From the NCBI GenBank assembly GCA_963664875.1, contig OY761611.1, positions 1,024,001 through 1,088,000 on the forward strand: 64,000 nt of DNA, given 5' to 3'. The notes under the pieces are model-generated. The model did not search any database and was not told the DNA's origin. It worked only from the letters and a program-made list of their open reading frames with translations. The number at the start of each line of letters is the position of its first letter. Within the stretch, counting starts at the first letter, position 1. Made by a program: the position numbers and the translations under genes. This stretch comes from Candidatus Kapaibacterium sp. (GTDB taxonomy: Bacteria > Bacteroidota > Ignavibacteria > Kapaibacteriales > UBA2268). Of this stretch, positions 49,503 to 59,594 are shown one piece after another.

Positions 49503-50762
49503 TTATATTTTGTACGATAATCCAAATTGGAGAATGTTAAATTTACCAATATTATAGTCCAAAAACAATCTAAGATTGCTAAGATCTTTTGCAATACCAA
49601 AAACTGCTTTAACATTGTTTTCTTTCAAAGTCATTTCAGCAACCTGCGGCTGAGTATCTCCGGGATAGCCAGCTGTAGGTACATGCAAACCCCGCTCAAT
49701 CAGACCAAGTTCCCACTGCACTTCGATCGGTAAAGTATAAGTGTAAGTTGCATCAATGCTGATATTGTCGTAAGCTACACCTGCAAAAATATCAAACCAG
49801 TCTTTGATAGATTTAGAAGCGTGAATATTTGCACTAAAAATGTTAGCATCTGCATCCAATTGAGCTTTTGTTACACCAACTTCGTTTTTTAATCTTGTAC
49901 CTTGGAAGACGATTTGTGCTGCAAGATCAAAAGGTTTATCTCTTTCATCTTCGTAAAAATATTGAGATATACTATGTTTCAGACCTACACCCCAAAACAT
50001 AAAATCACCGATATATTGACCGAGATTAATCTCAGGTATAAAGCGTATCAATAACTCGGTACCCCACAAAGCACCAATTTCAAACTGAGGCACGCTAGCA
50101 TATATCGAGTTCATGCCTGCTCCTTCGTACATATTAAATGTTTCAGGAAACTGACCAATAATATCTACTAACTGATTTTTTAAGTCTTCAGGTAACATCG
50201 TATAAAGATAGTGGCTTTCTACTAATTCCTTAAGGTTTTCGTGTGGCAATTTGATTTGTGTAGCTTTGTCTCCCAAAACAGTCGAAGCTTCTTCCGGAAG
50301 TTCTATATACCCCTTGTGATTGCCATATATGCCATCGTGCAAAATATTCTGAAAGAAGTAATGTATAAGCCCTGCAGTATCCTTGATGCTAAAATCTAAC
50401 TTGCCGGTCTTCAAATCAATTGAGGCGGTTCCATAATTTGATAAATCATTTAAGTCAAATGGTTTTGTAGCAATTTTGGGATTAAACATTTTATCTGATT
50501 CATTGACAAATCCCGTCATACCATGCAAACTGATTTTGAAGTATGCATTGTCAACTCTTCTTGGAACATAAGCATCGTTAAAAAAGCCGGAGTTAGAGGT
50601 AGCATTAACAGTTTTTACCATAGGAGACAAGTAGGCTATGCTATTTTCGCTAAATAAATCCTTACTAAACATACGAGCAAGATCTATAGTATATTGCGAT
50701 GCCTGCTGAGCCATAGCCGGCACTGCAATCATCAAGGCTATTAAGTACAATATTATTTTCAT
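49503..50762 (-). CDS. Outer-membrane protein (DUF6588-like)
   Basis: Signal peptide, GTELLIRFIP, WGVGLKHSISQY and a beta-barrel C-terminus. Confidence 0.65.
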   Translation of the reverse strand: MKIILYLIALMIAVPAMAQQASQYTIDLARMFSKDLFSENSIAYLSPMVKTVNATSNSGFFNDAYVPRRVDNAYFKISLHGMTGFVNESDKMFNPKIATKPFDLNDLSNYGTASIDLKTGKLDFSIKDTAGLIHYFFQNILHDGIYGNHKGYIELPEEASTVLGDKATQIKLPHENLKELVESHYLYTMLPEDLKNQLVDIIGQFPETFNMYEGAGMNSIYASVPQFEIGALWGTELLIRFIPEINLGQYIGDFMFWGVGLKHSISQYFYEDERDKPFDLAAQIVFQGTRLKNEVGVTKAQLDADANIFSANIHASKSIKDWFDIFAGVAYDNISIDATYTYTLPIEVQWELGLIERGLHVPTAGYPGDTQPQVAEMTLKENNVKAVFGIAKDLSNLRLFLDYNIGKFNILQFGLSYKI

Positions 50763-50764
50763 AA

Positions 50765-50953
50765 TTACCTGAATATATTTTTCTTAAACAATACGTAAAA
50801 CGGTAGAGCTAATATAACAAGAACTATCACAAAGAAAATACCAAAAACCATGCTAAGGGCAATCTTAAAAATCCATAAAACAAAATGAATGGCTACAAAA
50901 GCAACAAAAAGTGCAAAAACCAATGAAATGATATTTTTAAGTGTCTTGTTCAT
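50765..50953 (-). CDS. Small two-TM membrane protein
   Basis: RBS AGGAG before ATG 50953; strongly hydrophobic. Confidence 0.65.
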   Translation of the reverse strand: MNKTLKNIISLVFALFVAFVAIHFVLWIFKIALSMVFGIFFVIVLVILALPFYVLFKKNIFR

Positions 50954-51030
50954 TTTATTTATTCTCCTACTAAATATCTGTCTAAATTTGACGGTATTAA
51001 AATATATCTTATTTTGTACAGAGTACAATG

Positions 51031-54000
51031 CTAAACCAAAGCAAGTTTAACATTATAAACCCCCAGAATTTCTACAAGGCCGTTCAAAACTTCTTCGTTT
51101 ACCGGTATTTCCGTTTCAGTTGTAAAATAATGCTTTTTATAATCATTAGACTCATCAAAAACATAAAAATGCATCAAAGATTTTGCATTTTCTTTTCTAA
51201 ACTTACTGTAAATACCCTTGATAGTCTCTTCAGTTACAGTTTTTCTGTCAATCCAGACAGAATATCCTTTTGCAAATCTATCAATCGACTCAATTACCGG
51301 AAAGGCGTCATCAGCTATAATCTTGATTTTATCTTCACTTACCTCAACTTTCCCTTCGATTACCACAACATTATCCTGCTGCAAAGCATGATGACATTTC
51401 TTATATGAATTAGACCAGAATATAACCTCAGCTTTTCCTCTCACATCTTCTACGTTTAAAAATGCCATAGTGTTGTTGTTTTTATCCAATTTAGTTCTCA
51501 TTTCAGTAATCAGGGCTACTATTCTGACTTGAGATTTGTCAGAAATATCTGTCTGATCAAGCTTAAAAGTAGCTACTGAGTTCCAATAAGGAACATAATC
51601 CTCCATCGGATGACCACTTATGTAAAATTTGAGTACTTCAAGCTCTTTTTCGAGAATATATTTTTTATCCCATGGTTTTATCACAGGCAACTCAGGTTCC
51701 TTCAAATCAGCGGAAACTTCACCACCGAAAAGAGAATCCATATTTGATTTGCTGCTTTCCTGTTTTGCCTTAGCATATTCCAAAGCGTCATCTATTGCAG
51801 CTATTAGCTGTGCTCTATGGCCTGACTCCAAAGAGTCAAAAGCTCCTGCATAAATCAAAGATTCAATAGCCTTTCTATTTACAAGCCTTGTATCTACTCT
51901 ACTTACAAAATCAAAGAAAGATTCAAACTTTTTCTCATTTCTTGCTTCTATAATGCTATCGACAGGCTTGATACCAACGTTACGGATCCCTGCCATGCCA
52001 AAGTATATTTCATTGCCCACAGCACGGAAATTTGCAAAAGATCTATTTACATCCGGTGGCAATACTTTTATTCCAAATTTTTTGGCTTCTTCGGTGAGTA
52101 GCACAATCTTTGCCTGATCGTTAAGCTCGGCTGTCATGTTGGCTGCAAGGAACTCAGCAGGGTAGTGTGTTTTTAACCATGCTGTCTGATAAGCAACGTA
52201 CGAATAAGCCACCGAGTGAGATTTATTGAAACCATAAGAAGCAAAAGCAACAATTAAGTCAAATATCTGTAAAGCAAGTTTGTCACTGATTCCTTTTTTA
52301 GCAGCGCCGGCAACGAACTTAGGCTTTTCCTCTTCCATGATTTCTGCTTTTTTCTTACCCATTGCTCTTCGCAGCAAATCAGCCTGACCAAGAGAGAAAT
52401 CAGCTATATCTTGCACTAACTGCATTACCTGCTCTTGATAAACTATAATGCCGTAAGTGTTCTTGAGTGATTTTTCCATAGTAGGATGCAGATACTCTAT
52501 TGGTTTGCGTCCAAATTTTCTATCGATAAAATCGGGAATATTCGCCATCGGCCCCGGTCTGTAAAGTGCGTTCATCGCAGTGATTTCTTCCAGATTTTGC
52601 GGCTTAAGTTGCTTCAAATATTCCTGCATTCCGCCGGATTCGAACTGAAAAATAGAGAGAGTTTTCCCCTGCCCCAGCAAATCATAAGTTGCTTGGTCAT
52701 GGAAATCAATTTTATCTATATCAATATCTACACCATGATTATCTTTGACCATATCAAGTGTGTTTTCAATGATTGACAGAGTACGCAAGCCTAAGAAGTC
52801 CATCTTGAGCAGTCCGGCATCTTCTATGTCTGCCATGGAATACTGTGAAGTGATTTCAACTGAAGATTCCTTTGCTTTAGCAGATTTATGCACAGGAACA
52901 AAATTTGCAACAGGTTCAGGTGCAATAACTACACCAGCGGCGTGAACGCCTGTCTGTCTAAATTTTCCTTCGAGCAGCTTAGAAAATTCTACCAGCTCTT
53001 TTAGCTTAGGATCATCTGTCTTTTTTAGCCATTCAAGATCAGGAAGTTCAATAGCTTTGGCAATAGGAGTAACTTTACCCTGAATAGCAGGTATTTGTTT
53101 AGTTATCTCTCTTAGCTTATTGAGCTCAACCCCTAAAACTCTTCCGACATCAGTAATTACGGCTTTACTCGAGAGCTTGCCAAAAGTAATAATCTGACAA
53201 ACAGCATCCTCTCCATATCTGTCTTTTACATATTCTATCACTACATCTCTTTTATCATCGGCAAAATCAATATCGACGTCGGGCATATTTACACGTTCAG
53301 GATTGAGAAAACGCTCGAAAAGCAAGTTATATGGCAATGGATCAATATTGGTAATACCCAGAGCATAAGCGACAATAGAGCCGGCAGCTGAACCACGCCC
53401 GGGACCTACTCTTACACCACGCTGGCGAGCAGCTGCTATGAAATCCTGAGTGATAAGAAAGTACCCGGGGAATCCCATATCAATAATAACTTTGAGCTCA
53501 AATTCCGTTCTTTCTTTTATTTCTTCGGTAATTTCACCATACTTTTCTTTGATACCCTTCCAAGTAAGCTCTTCGAGGTATTCGTTCAAATCTTTTGCTT
53601 GTGATTCTTTTGGAATCGGAAACTCAGGCATATATATTTTGCCGGTTTCAACTCCATAGTTACATTTATCTGCAATCTCAAGAGTGTTCTCTAAGGCATC
53701 AGGAAATTCTTTAAAAATGTCTTTCATCTCGTCCTGAGTTTTGAAATAAAACTCAGGTGTTTTGTATCGCAAATCATAGATATTTGCCTGACCTGAATTT
53801 GCCGCATTCGAATCACGAATAAGCAAAAGTACGTTATGAGCTACAGCGTGCTCTTTTTTCATGTAATGAATGTCGTTTGTAGCTATCATCTTGATGTCAA
53901 GTTCTCGTGCTATCTGAGGCACTTTATCAAGTATAATCTTGTCAGCAGGCTGAAAATGATTTTGTATTTCAAGATAAAAATCTTCACCAAAAACTTTTTT

Positions 54001-54501
54001 GTAAAAAGCTGCTTCTTCCATTGCAGCTTCAAAATCACCATTCACCAGATGATTGTTAACAATGCCACCAATACAAGCAGATGAAACGACTATACCTTCG
54101 CTGTACCTTTCCACAAGCTCACGGTCTATCCTTGGTTTATAGTAAAACCCTTCTGTATGCCCAAGTGTAGTGAGTTTAAGCAGGTTTTTGTAACCTACTT
54201 CATTTTTTGCAAGCATCACAAGATGATAGTAGTTTTTCCGTTTTCTGCCATCTTTGGTTTTTGTGCTTCTGTCAAAACGAGAACCGTTTGCAACATAGGC
54301 CTCCATTCCAATGATTGGCTTTACACCGACTTTTTTGGCAAGTTTTGTAAATTCAAGACATCCAAACATAACGCCATGATCAGTAAGTGCTATTGCTGGC
54401 TGATTATCATCTTTCGCTGCCGAAAGCAAATCCATAGGAGTAGCCATGGCATCTAAAAGTGAGTAATGAGTGTGATTGTGCAAGTGTACAAAATCAGACA
54501 T
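51031..54501 (-). CDS. dnaE: DNA polymerase III alpha subunit
   Basis: HLHNHT PHP, GRGSAAGS, MPDVDIDF, KMDFLGL and YGFNKSH motifs. Confidence 0.98.
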   Translation of the reverse strand: MSDFVHLHNHTHYSLLDAMATPMDLLSAAKDDNQPAIALTDHGVMFGCLEFTKLAKKVGVKPIIGMEAYVANGSRFDRSTKTKDGRKRKNYYHLVMLAKNEVGYKNLLKLTTLGHTEGFYYKPRIDRELVERYSEGIVVSSACIGGIVNNHLVNGDFEAAMEEAAFYKKVFGEDFYLEIQNHFQPADKIILDKVPQIARELDIKMIATNDIHYMKKEHAVAHNVLLLIRDSNAANSGQANIYDLRYKTPEFYFKTQDEMKDIFKEFPDALENTLEIADKCNYGVETGKIYMPEFPIPKESQAKDLNEYLEELTWKGIKEKYGEITEEIKERTEFELKVIIDMGFPGYFLITQDFIAAARQRGVRVGPGRGSAAGSIVAYALGITNIDPLPYNLLFERFLNPERVNMPDVDIDFADDKRDVVIEYVKDRYGEDAVCQIITFGKLSSKAVITDVGRVLGVELNKLREITKQIPAIQGKVTPIAKAIELPDLEWLKKTDDPKLKELVEFSKLLEGKFRQTGVHAAGVVIAPEPVANFVPVHKSAKAKESSVEITSQYSMADIEDAGLLKMDFLGLRTLSIIENTLDMVKDNHGVDIDIDKIDFHDQATYDLLGQGKTLSIFQFESGGMQEYLKQLKPQNLEEITAMNALYRPGPMANIPDFIDRKFGRKPIEYLHPTMEKSLKNTYGIIVYQEQVMQLVQDIADFSLGQADLLRRAMGKKKAEIMEEEKPKFVAGAAKKGISDKLALQIFDLIVAFASYGFNKSHSVAYSYVAYQTAWLKTHYPAEFLAANMTAELNDQAKIVLLTEEAKKFGIKVLPPDVNRSFANFRAVGNEIYFGMAGIRNVGIKPVDSIIEARNEKKFESFFDFVSRVDTRLVNRKAIESLIYAGAFDSLESGHRAQLIAAIDDALEYAKAKQESSKSNMDSLFGGEVSADLKEPELPVIKPWDKKYILEKELEVLKFYISGHPMEDYVPYWNSVATFKLDQTDISDKSQVRIVALITEMRTKLDKNNNTMAFLNVEDVRGKAEVIFWSNSYKKCHHALQQDNVVVIEGKVEVSEDKIKIIADDAFPVIESIDRFAKGYSVWIDRKTVTEETIKGIYSKFRKENAKSLMHFYVFDESNDYKKHYFTTETEIPVNEEVLNGLVEILGVYNVKLALV

Positions 54502-54747
54502 ATATATTTTTCCGGTGATTTTTATCTAACTATAATGAACAAATATACTTATATCTGTGTTTTATTCCATATCAAGTTTTACACAAAATACAGCATATAG
54601 TTTATTCGATTTGAATATGAGATAAAAAAATGTTCGGTTGGTATTCTGATTTCTGATAAGTAAAGTGGATTGTTCTTCTTATCCCTTTATTATCAGTCCG
54701 AAAATGATTATTTTGCAAAACAGTTTATAGTCAAACAAAATAGCTTT

Positions 54748-55833
54748 ATGAGCAAGATAATACTTAAAAATATCAGCAAAATTTATCCCAACGGCATAAC
54801 AGCGGTTAATAATGCTGATTTTGAAATAGATAAAGGTGAATTTCTGGTACTTGTCGGACCTTCCGGGTGTGGCAAATCTACAATGCTTCGCATGATTGCA
54901 GGATTGGAAGAAATAAGCAGCGGTGATTTATATTTTGATGATTTGCGGGTCAATGATATAGAGCCTAAAAACAGAGATATCGGCATGGTATTCCAAAACT
55001 ATGCCCTTTACCCTCATAAGACTGTATTTGATAATATCGCATTCCCTCTTAAAGTAAGGAAAACACCAAAAATTGAGATAAAAAAACGAGTCTTAGAGGT
55101 TGCAAATTCTCTTGAACTCGAATCTCTTTTAGACCGTAAACCTAAAGAACTTTCCGGAGGTCAAAGGCAGAGAGTTGCTCTTGGCAGAGCGATAATCAGA
55201 GATCCGAAACTGTTTCTTTTCGATGAGCCTCTTTCTAATCTTGATGCTAAGCTCAGAGTACAGATGCGTGCAGAAATACAACAGTTGCACAGAAGACTGG
55301 GCACAACTGCAGTTTATGTAACTCATGATCAGGTGGAAGCTATGACTATGGGTAGCAGATTGGTAGTGATGAATAAAGGTGAAGTACAGCAAATAGCGGC
55401 TCCACAGGAACTGTATGACAAACCTGCAAATAAATTTGTTGCCGGATTTCTTGGAAGTCCACAAATGAATTTTTTTGAAGGTACTCTTGAATACAAAAAC
55501 GGATTAAGATTCGAAGAAATAAACGGAATAGCTCTTGATTTGCCCGATAGCCTCAATCGTAAAACTAACTCGGCTTCAATGAAAATTACTTTGGGAATAA
55601 GACCTGAAGACATTTTGCTCGCACCAAAAGCAGACTCAATAGCAATTAGTTTAATTATAGAAAACGTAGAATATCTTGGGCATGAGCAACTAATTTATTT
55701 CACAAGTGCCGGCAAATTGAAATGCCTTCGCACAGAAAACAGAATTAAAGTCAACTCAGGCGAAGAAATTACTGCATATCTGGATATTGAAAAACTGCAT
55801 TTCTTTGACGAATTTGAAAAAAGAATAGACTAA
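54748..55833 (+). CDS. CUT1 sugar ABC ATPase (MalK/UgpC/MsmX family)
   Basis: [29 protein letters not shown] and [12 protein letters not shown] motifs plus a TOBE tail. Confidence 0.93.
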   Translation: MSKIILKNISKIYPNGITAVNNADFEIDKGEFLVLVGPSGCGKSTMLRMIAGLEEISSGDLYFDDLRVNDIEPKNRDIGMVFQNYALYPHKTVFDNIAFPLKVRKTPKIEIKKRVLEVANSLELESLLDRKPKELSGGQRQRVALGRAIIRDPKLFLFDEPLSNLDAKLRVQMRAEIQQLHRRLGTTAVYVTHDQVEAMTMGSRLVVMNKGEVQQIAAPQELYDKPANKFVAGFLGSPQMNFFEGTLEYKNGLRFEEINGIALDLPDSLNRKTNSASMKITLGIRPEDILLAPKADSIAISLIIENVEYLGHEQLIYFTSAGKLKCLRTENRIKVNSGEEITAYLDIEKLHFFDEFEKRID

Positions 55834-55849
55834 TAACTTCGGTATATAA

Positions 55850-57787
55850 ATGATTACAATAGCAAATCTCTCTATAGAATTTAGTGGTAAAAAACTTTTT
55901 GACAATATTTCCTTTAATGTTCAAAAAGGTGATAGAATTGGGCTTATCGGAAGAAACGGAGCCGGCAAATCTACACTTCTTAAAATATTTGCCGGGGTGC
56001 TTAATCCCGAAACAGGAAATATCAGTAAACCTAACGATTATTCGATAGGTTATTTGCCTCAGGAAGTTGAAACAAAATCAACACTCCCTATTTTCGAAGA
56101 AGCTGCTGCTGCACTGTCTGAAATAAAAGAAATTGAAAGAAGAATTGATTACACTACCAATGAAATTTCTAATAGAGAAGACTACGAATCTGACGAATAT
56201 GCCAAATTATTAGAAAGTCTTGCGGAAGACAACGACAGATTAAAGATTTTGGGTGGTCATTCGATCGAAGCAGAAGTCGAACGCGTACTAACCGGTCTCG
56301 GTTTTACTCAGGAAGAACTCCAAAAACCAATGAATGAGTTCAGTGGAGGCTGGCAGATGCGCGTGGAACTTGCCAAATTACTTTTAGCCAAACCTGACTG
56401 CATATTACTCGACGAACCTACTAACCACCTGGATATAGAATCTATCGGATGGGTTGAAGTCTTTTTGAAATCATACCCGGGTGAAGTTATACTCGTTTCG
56501 CATGATAGGCAATTTCTTGACAACATCACAAACAGAACAGTCGAAATATCCCTCGGCAAGATGTATTCAAACACAATGCCTTACTCTAAATTTGTCGAAT
56601 TTAGAGCTATACAAAGAGAACAGGATTTGAGTGCTTATGCAAATCAACAAAAACAGATTGCACAGCAGGAACGTTTCATAGAAAGATTTAAAGCTAAAGC
56701 TACTCTTGCTTCCAGAGCTCAATCCAAGATGAAATTGCTTGATAAAATTGAACGAATTGAGATAGAAGACGAAGATACTTCAAAAATTGTTCTTCGCTTC
56801 CCTGAACCGCCTCGTTCGAGCAGACTTGTCGCAGAGTGTAAAAATCTATCTAAAAGTTACGGTGATAATCTTGTACTTTCAAATATAAATTTCGATATCG
56901 AACGCGGACAGCGTGTCGCATTTGTCGGAAAAAACGGTGAAGGTAAATCTACTTTGTCAAAGATACTCGGCAAATTTGAGAGTTATGATGGCACAGTAAA
57001 CTATGGAAATAACATAGAGCTTGGATATTTCGGTCAGCATCAGGCTCAGATGTTAGATGAAAATGCTGCTGTTTTTGATATTATTGACAGAGCAGCCACA
57101 GGCGAAATGAGGAAAAATATTCGAAACCTATTAGGTGCTTTCCTTTTTAGCGGTGATGATGTTTATAAAAAAGTTAAAGTTCTATCCGGCGGCGAAAAAG
57201 CAAGACTCTCTCTTGCAAGGCTATTGCTGCAACCTGTCAACTTTCTGATTATGGACGAACCAACCAATCACCTTGATATGAATTCGAAAGATGTGCTCAA
57301 AAATGCTCTTATGAATTATACTGGTACATTGATAGTCGTATCTCATGATAGAGATTTCTTGCGGGGCTTGACAGAGAGAACTATAGAATTCAAAAACCGT
57401 AAGCTCAAAACTTACGAAGGCGATATTGACTTATTCTTAGAAAAACAGCAATTAGCTTCTCTGCAGGAATTAGAAAAGAAAGACAAAGCACGCAAGGAAG
57501 AAAAAGATTCAGTGGGCAATGCTCAGGAGCAAAGAGAAAAACGAAAAGCTGCACAACGTGAGAAAAACAAAATTCAAAAGCTCTTGGATAATTGCGAAAG
57601 CAGAATCGCTCAACTGGAAGAAAAAATTGCAGAATTGGAAGCTCTTTTTGCAAATCCTGAATTTTTTAATGATATCGAAAATTCACAGATAAAGCAATCG
57701 GAACATTCAAAACTGCAAGAAGAATTAGAAATAAAAATGGAAGAATGGACAGAACTTCAGGAACAAATCGAAGCAATAGAGGAATAG
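55850..57787 (+). CDS. ABC-F ribosome-associated ATPase
   Basis: Two ABC cassettes (FSGGWQMR, LSGGEKAR, DEPTNHLD twice), no TM segments, C-terminal coiled coil. Confidence 0.93.
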   Translation: MITIANLSIEFSGKKLFDNISFNVQKGDRIGLIGRNGAGKSTLLKIFAGVLNPETGNISKPNDYSIGYLPQEVETKSTLPIFEEAAAALSEIKEIERRIDYTTNEISNREDYESDEYAKLLESLAEDNDRLKILGGHSIEAEVERVLTGLGFTQEELQKPMNEFSGGWQMRVELAKLLLAKPDCILLDEPTNHLDIESIGWVEVFLKSYPGEVILVSHDRQFLDNITNRTVEISLGKMYSNTMPYSKFVEFRAIQREQDLSAYANQQKQIAQQERFIERFKAKATLASRAQSKMKLLDKIERIEIEDEDTSKIVLRFPEPPRSSRLVAECKNLSKSYGDNLVLSNINFDIERGQRVAFVGKNGEGKSTLSKILGKFESYDGTVNYGNNIELGYFGQHQAQMLDENAAVFDIIDRAATGEMRKNIRNLLGAFLFSGDDVYKKVKVLSGGEKARLSLARLLLQPVNFLIMDEPTNHLDMNSKDVLKNALMNYTGTLIVVSHDRDFLRGLTERTIEFKNRKLKTYEGDIDLFLEKQQLASLQELEKKDKARKEEKDSVGNAQEQREKRKAAQREKNKIQKLLDNCESRIAQLEEKIAELEALFANPEFFNDIENSQIKQSEHSKLQEELEIKMEEWTELQEQIEAIEE

Positions 57788-57952
57788 TGGGGCTCTCTGT
57801 GTTGATTTGAATTGATTTTCTTTGATTCCACTGAATCAATTTTGGAGTTGTGTATTGAATGCATATTGCATAGAGTATGCCTCGTAAGTCAAGAAAATCA
57901 ATTTATCCTTGCGGATTTCTCATTATCCTCAGTATGATAAGTAATGCAAAAT

Positions 57953-58015
57953 GTAGAGACGCACACTTCGCAATACTTTACCTCGACTTTGCTCAGTATA
58001 AACTAAGCTCTGTAC
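57953..58015. repeat. Composite REP-like element (copy 2)
   Basis: GTAGAGACGCACAC half-site followed by ATACTTTACCTCGACTTTGCTC, which is shared with 15909-15930. Confidence 0.6.
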
Positions 58016-58380
58016 ATCGCTTTCGGTTATCGTGTATTAAAGATGCTGATAAAATTGAAAAAAATACTTATAAAACAGCCTCTATCATGCCTTATATTCT
58101 GAATAGCACAACTGACTTTTTTTACTCCACAAAAATTACTATCCGTTTATACAATATCGTTAAATATAAAATAATTTTTGAGATTCCATCTTACTTATCA
58201 TCTCAATTCTCGCAAATCACTGATGATAATAGACTTTAGCAAAACTTTGCTGCCAAATAAATATTTTCAAATTTCACGAAAAATAATTTTATATAATTCC
58301 TAATAATACATATATTACCATGTTCATTTACTAAACTTATTTCAATAACACATTTGCTAGTTACAAGGAAGGAAACACAC

Positions 58381-59508
58381 ATGTCTCAAAAGAAAACTTA
58401 CAAAATCGCCTGGCTACCGGGTGATGGTATCGGGGTTGACGTATTAGACGCAGCCAAAGTAGTATTTGACAAACTTGGCTTCGAAGCTGAGTATATTCAC
58501 GGTGACATTGGCTGGGAGTTTTGGAGAGCTGAAGGCGACGCTTTTCCTGAAAGAACAATTGAACTTTTGAAAAATGTTGATGCCGCTATGTTTGGTGCTA
58601 TCACATCTAAACCTGTCAAAGCTGCTGAAGAAGAATTAGTACCGGAATTGCAGGGCAAAGGCTTAATTTATCGTTCGCCTATCGTTAGAATGCGACAGAT
58701 GTTTGACTTATACAATTGCCAAAGACCTACAAAAGCTTACAAAGGCAACCCACTTAACTATAAAGATTTTATTGACATTGTAGTTTTCAGAGAAAACACT
58801 GAAGATCTTTACGCTGGAGTAGAATTCAACACTGTTCCTAAACAGCTTGCTGATACTCTAAGTGAATTGAATCCGAATTTCAAACGTTTTGCTGAATTAA
58901 ACGGCGACGAATATGCAATCTCTACAAAAATCAATACAAGAGAAGGCAGTCGCAAAATCATCACTGAAGCTTTTGAATTTGCTCAAAAACATAACAGAAA
59001 AAAAGTTACTGTTGTTCATAAATCAAATGTTGTAAGAGCAACTGATGGCCTTTTCCTTGAAACGGCAAAAGAAGTTGCTAAAAACTACCCTTCTATTGAA
59101 ATGGACGAAGGAAATATTGATGCAATGACTATGTGGTTGCTAAAAAATCCTGAAAGATATGATGTGCTTGTAGCTCCAAACCTCTATGGCGACGTAATCT
59201 CCGATTTATGTGCTCAGATGGTTGGCGGTCTTGGCTTTGCTTGCTCCGGCAATATCGGCAAAGAACTTGCAGTATTCGAGCCTACGCATGGTTCCGCTCC
59301 TAAATATGCAGGAAAATACGTTGCTAATCCTATTGCAACTTTCCTCTCCGGAAAAATGATGCTTGATTGGCTCGGCGAAACAGAAATGGCTGAAAGATTG
59401 GAAAAAGCAGTTGCTCAAGTCGTAGAAGAAGGTAAAGTTCGCACTTATGATATGGGTGGAAACGCTTCTACTATGGATATGGCTAATGCTGTAGCTGATA
59501 AGTTATAA
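58381..59508 (+). CDS. Isocitrate/isopropylmalate dehydrogenase-family protein
   Basis: PGDGIG, RENTEDLY, HKSNV, NLYGDVISD and EPTHGSAP motifs. Confidence 0.92.
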   Translation: MSQKKTYKIAWLPGDGIGVDVLDAAKVVFDKLGFEAEYIHGDIGWEFWRAEGDAFPERTIELLKNVDAAMFGAITSKPVKAAEEELVPELQGKGLIYRSPIVRMRQMFDLYNCQRPTKAYKGNPLNYKDFIDIVVFRENTEDLYAGVEFNTVPKQLADTLSELNPNFKRFAELNGDEYAISTKINTREGSRKIITEAFEFAQKHNRKKVTVVHKSNVVRATDGLFLETAKEVAKNYPSIEMDEGNIDAMTMWLLKNPERYDVLVAPNLYGDVISDLCAQMVGGLGFACSGNIGKELAVFEPTHGSAPKYAGKYVANPIATFLSGKMMLDWLGETEMAERLEKAVAQVVEEGKVRTYDMGGNASTMDMANAVADKL

Positions 59509-59533
59509 AATATTCATATTTCGATTACTCTTT

Positions 59534-59571
59534 AAAAAAAGGAGCTGCATTTTTGATTTTGCAGCTCCTTT
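59534..59571. terminator. Bidirectional terminator
   Basis: AAAGGAGCTGCA ... TGCAGCTCCTTT between convergent genes. Confidence 0.75.
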
Positions 59572-59594
59572 GCTATTTTTTGCTCGTTTATAGC

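Noticed and set aside
51031-54501. Intein in dnaE
   Set aside because: Length (1156 aa) and continuous motifs leave no room for one
57877-58239. 120-aa ORF
   Set aside because: Runs through REP-like repeats and an AT-rich spacer with atypical composition; probably spurious
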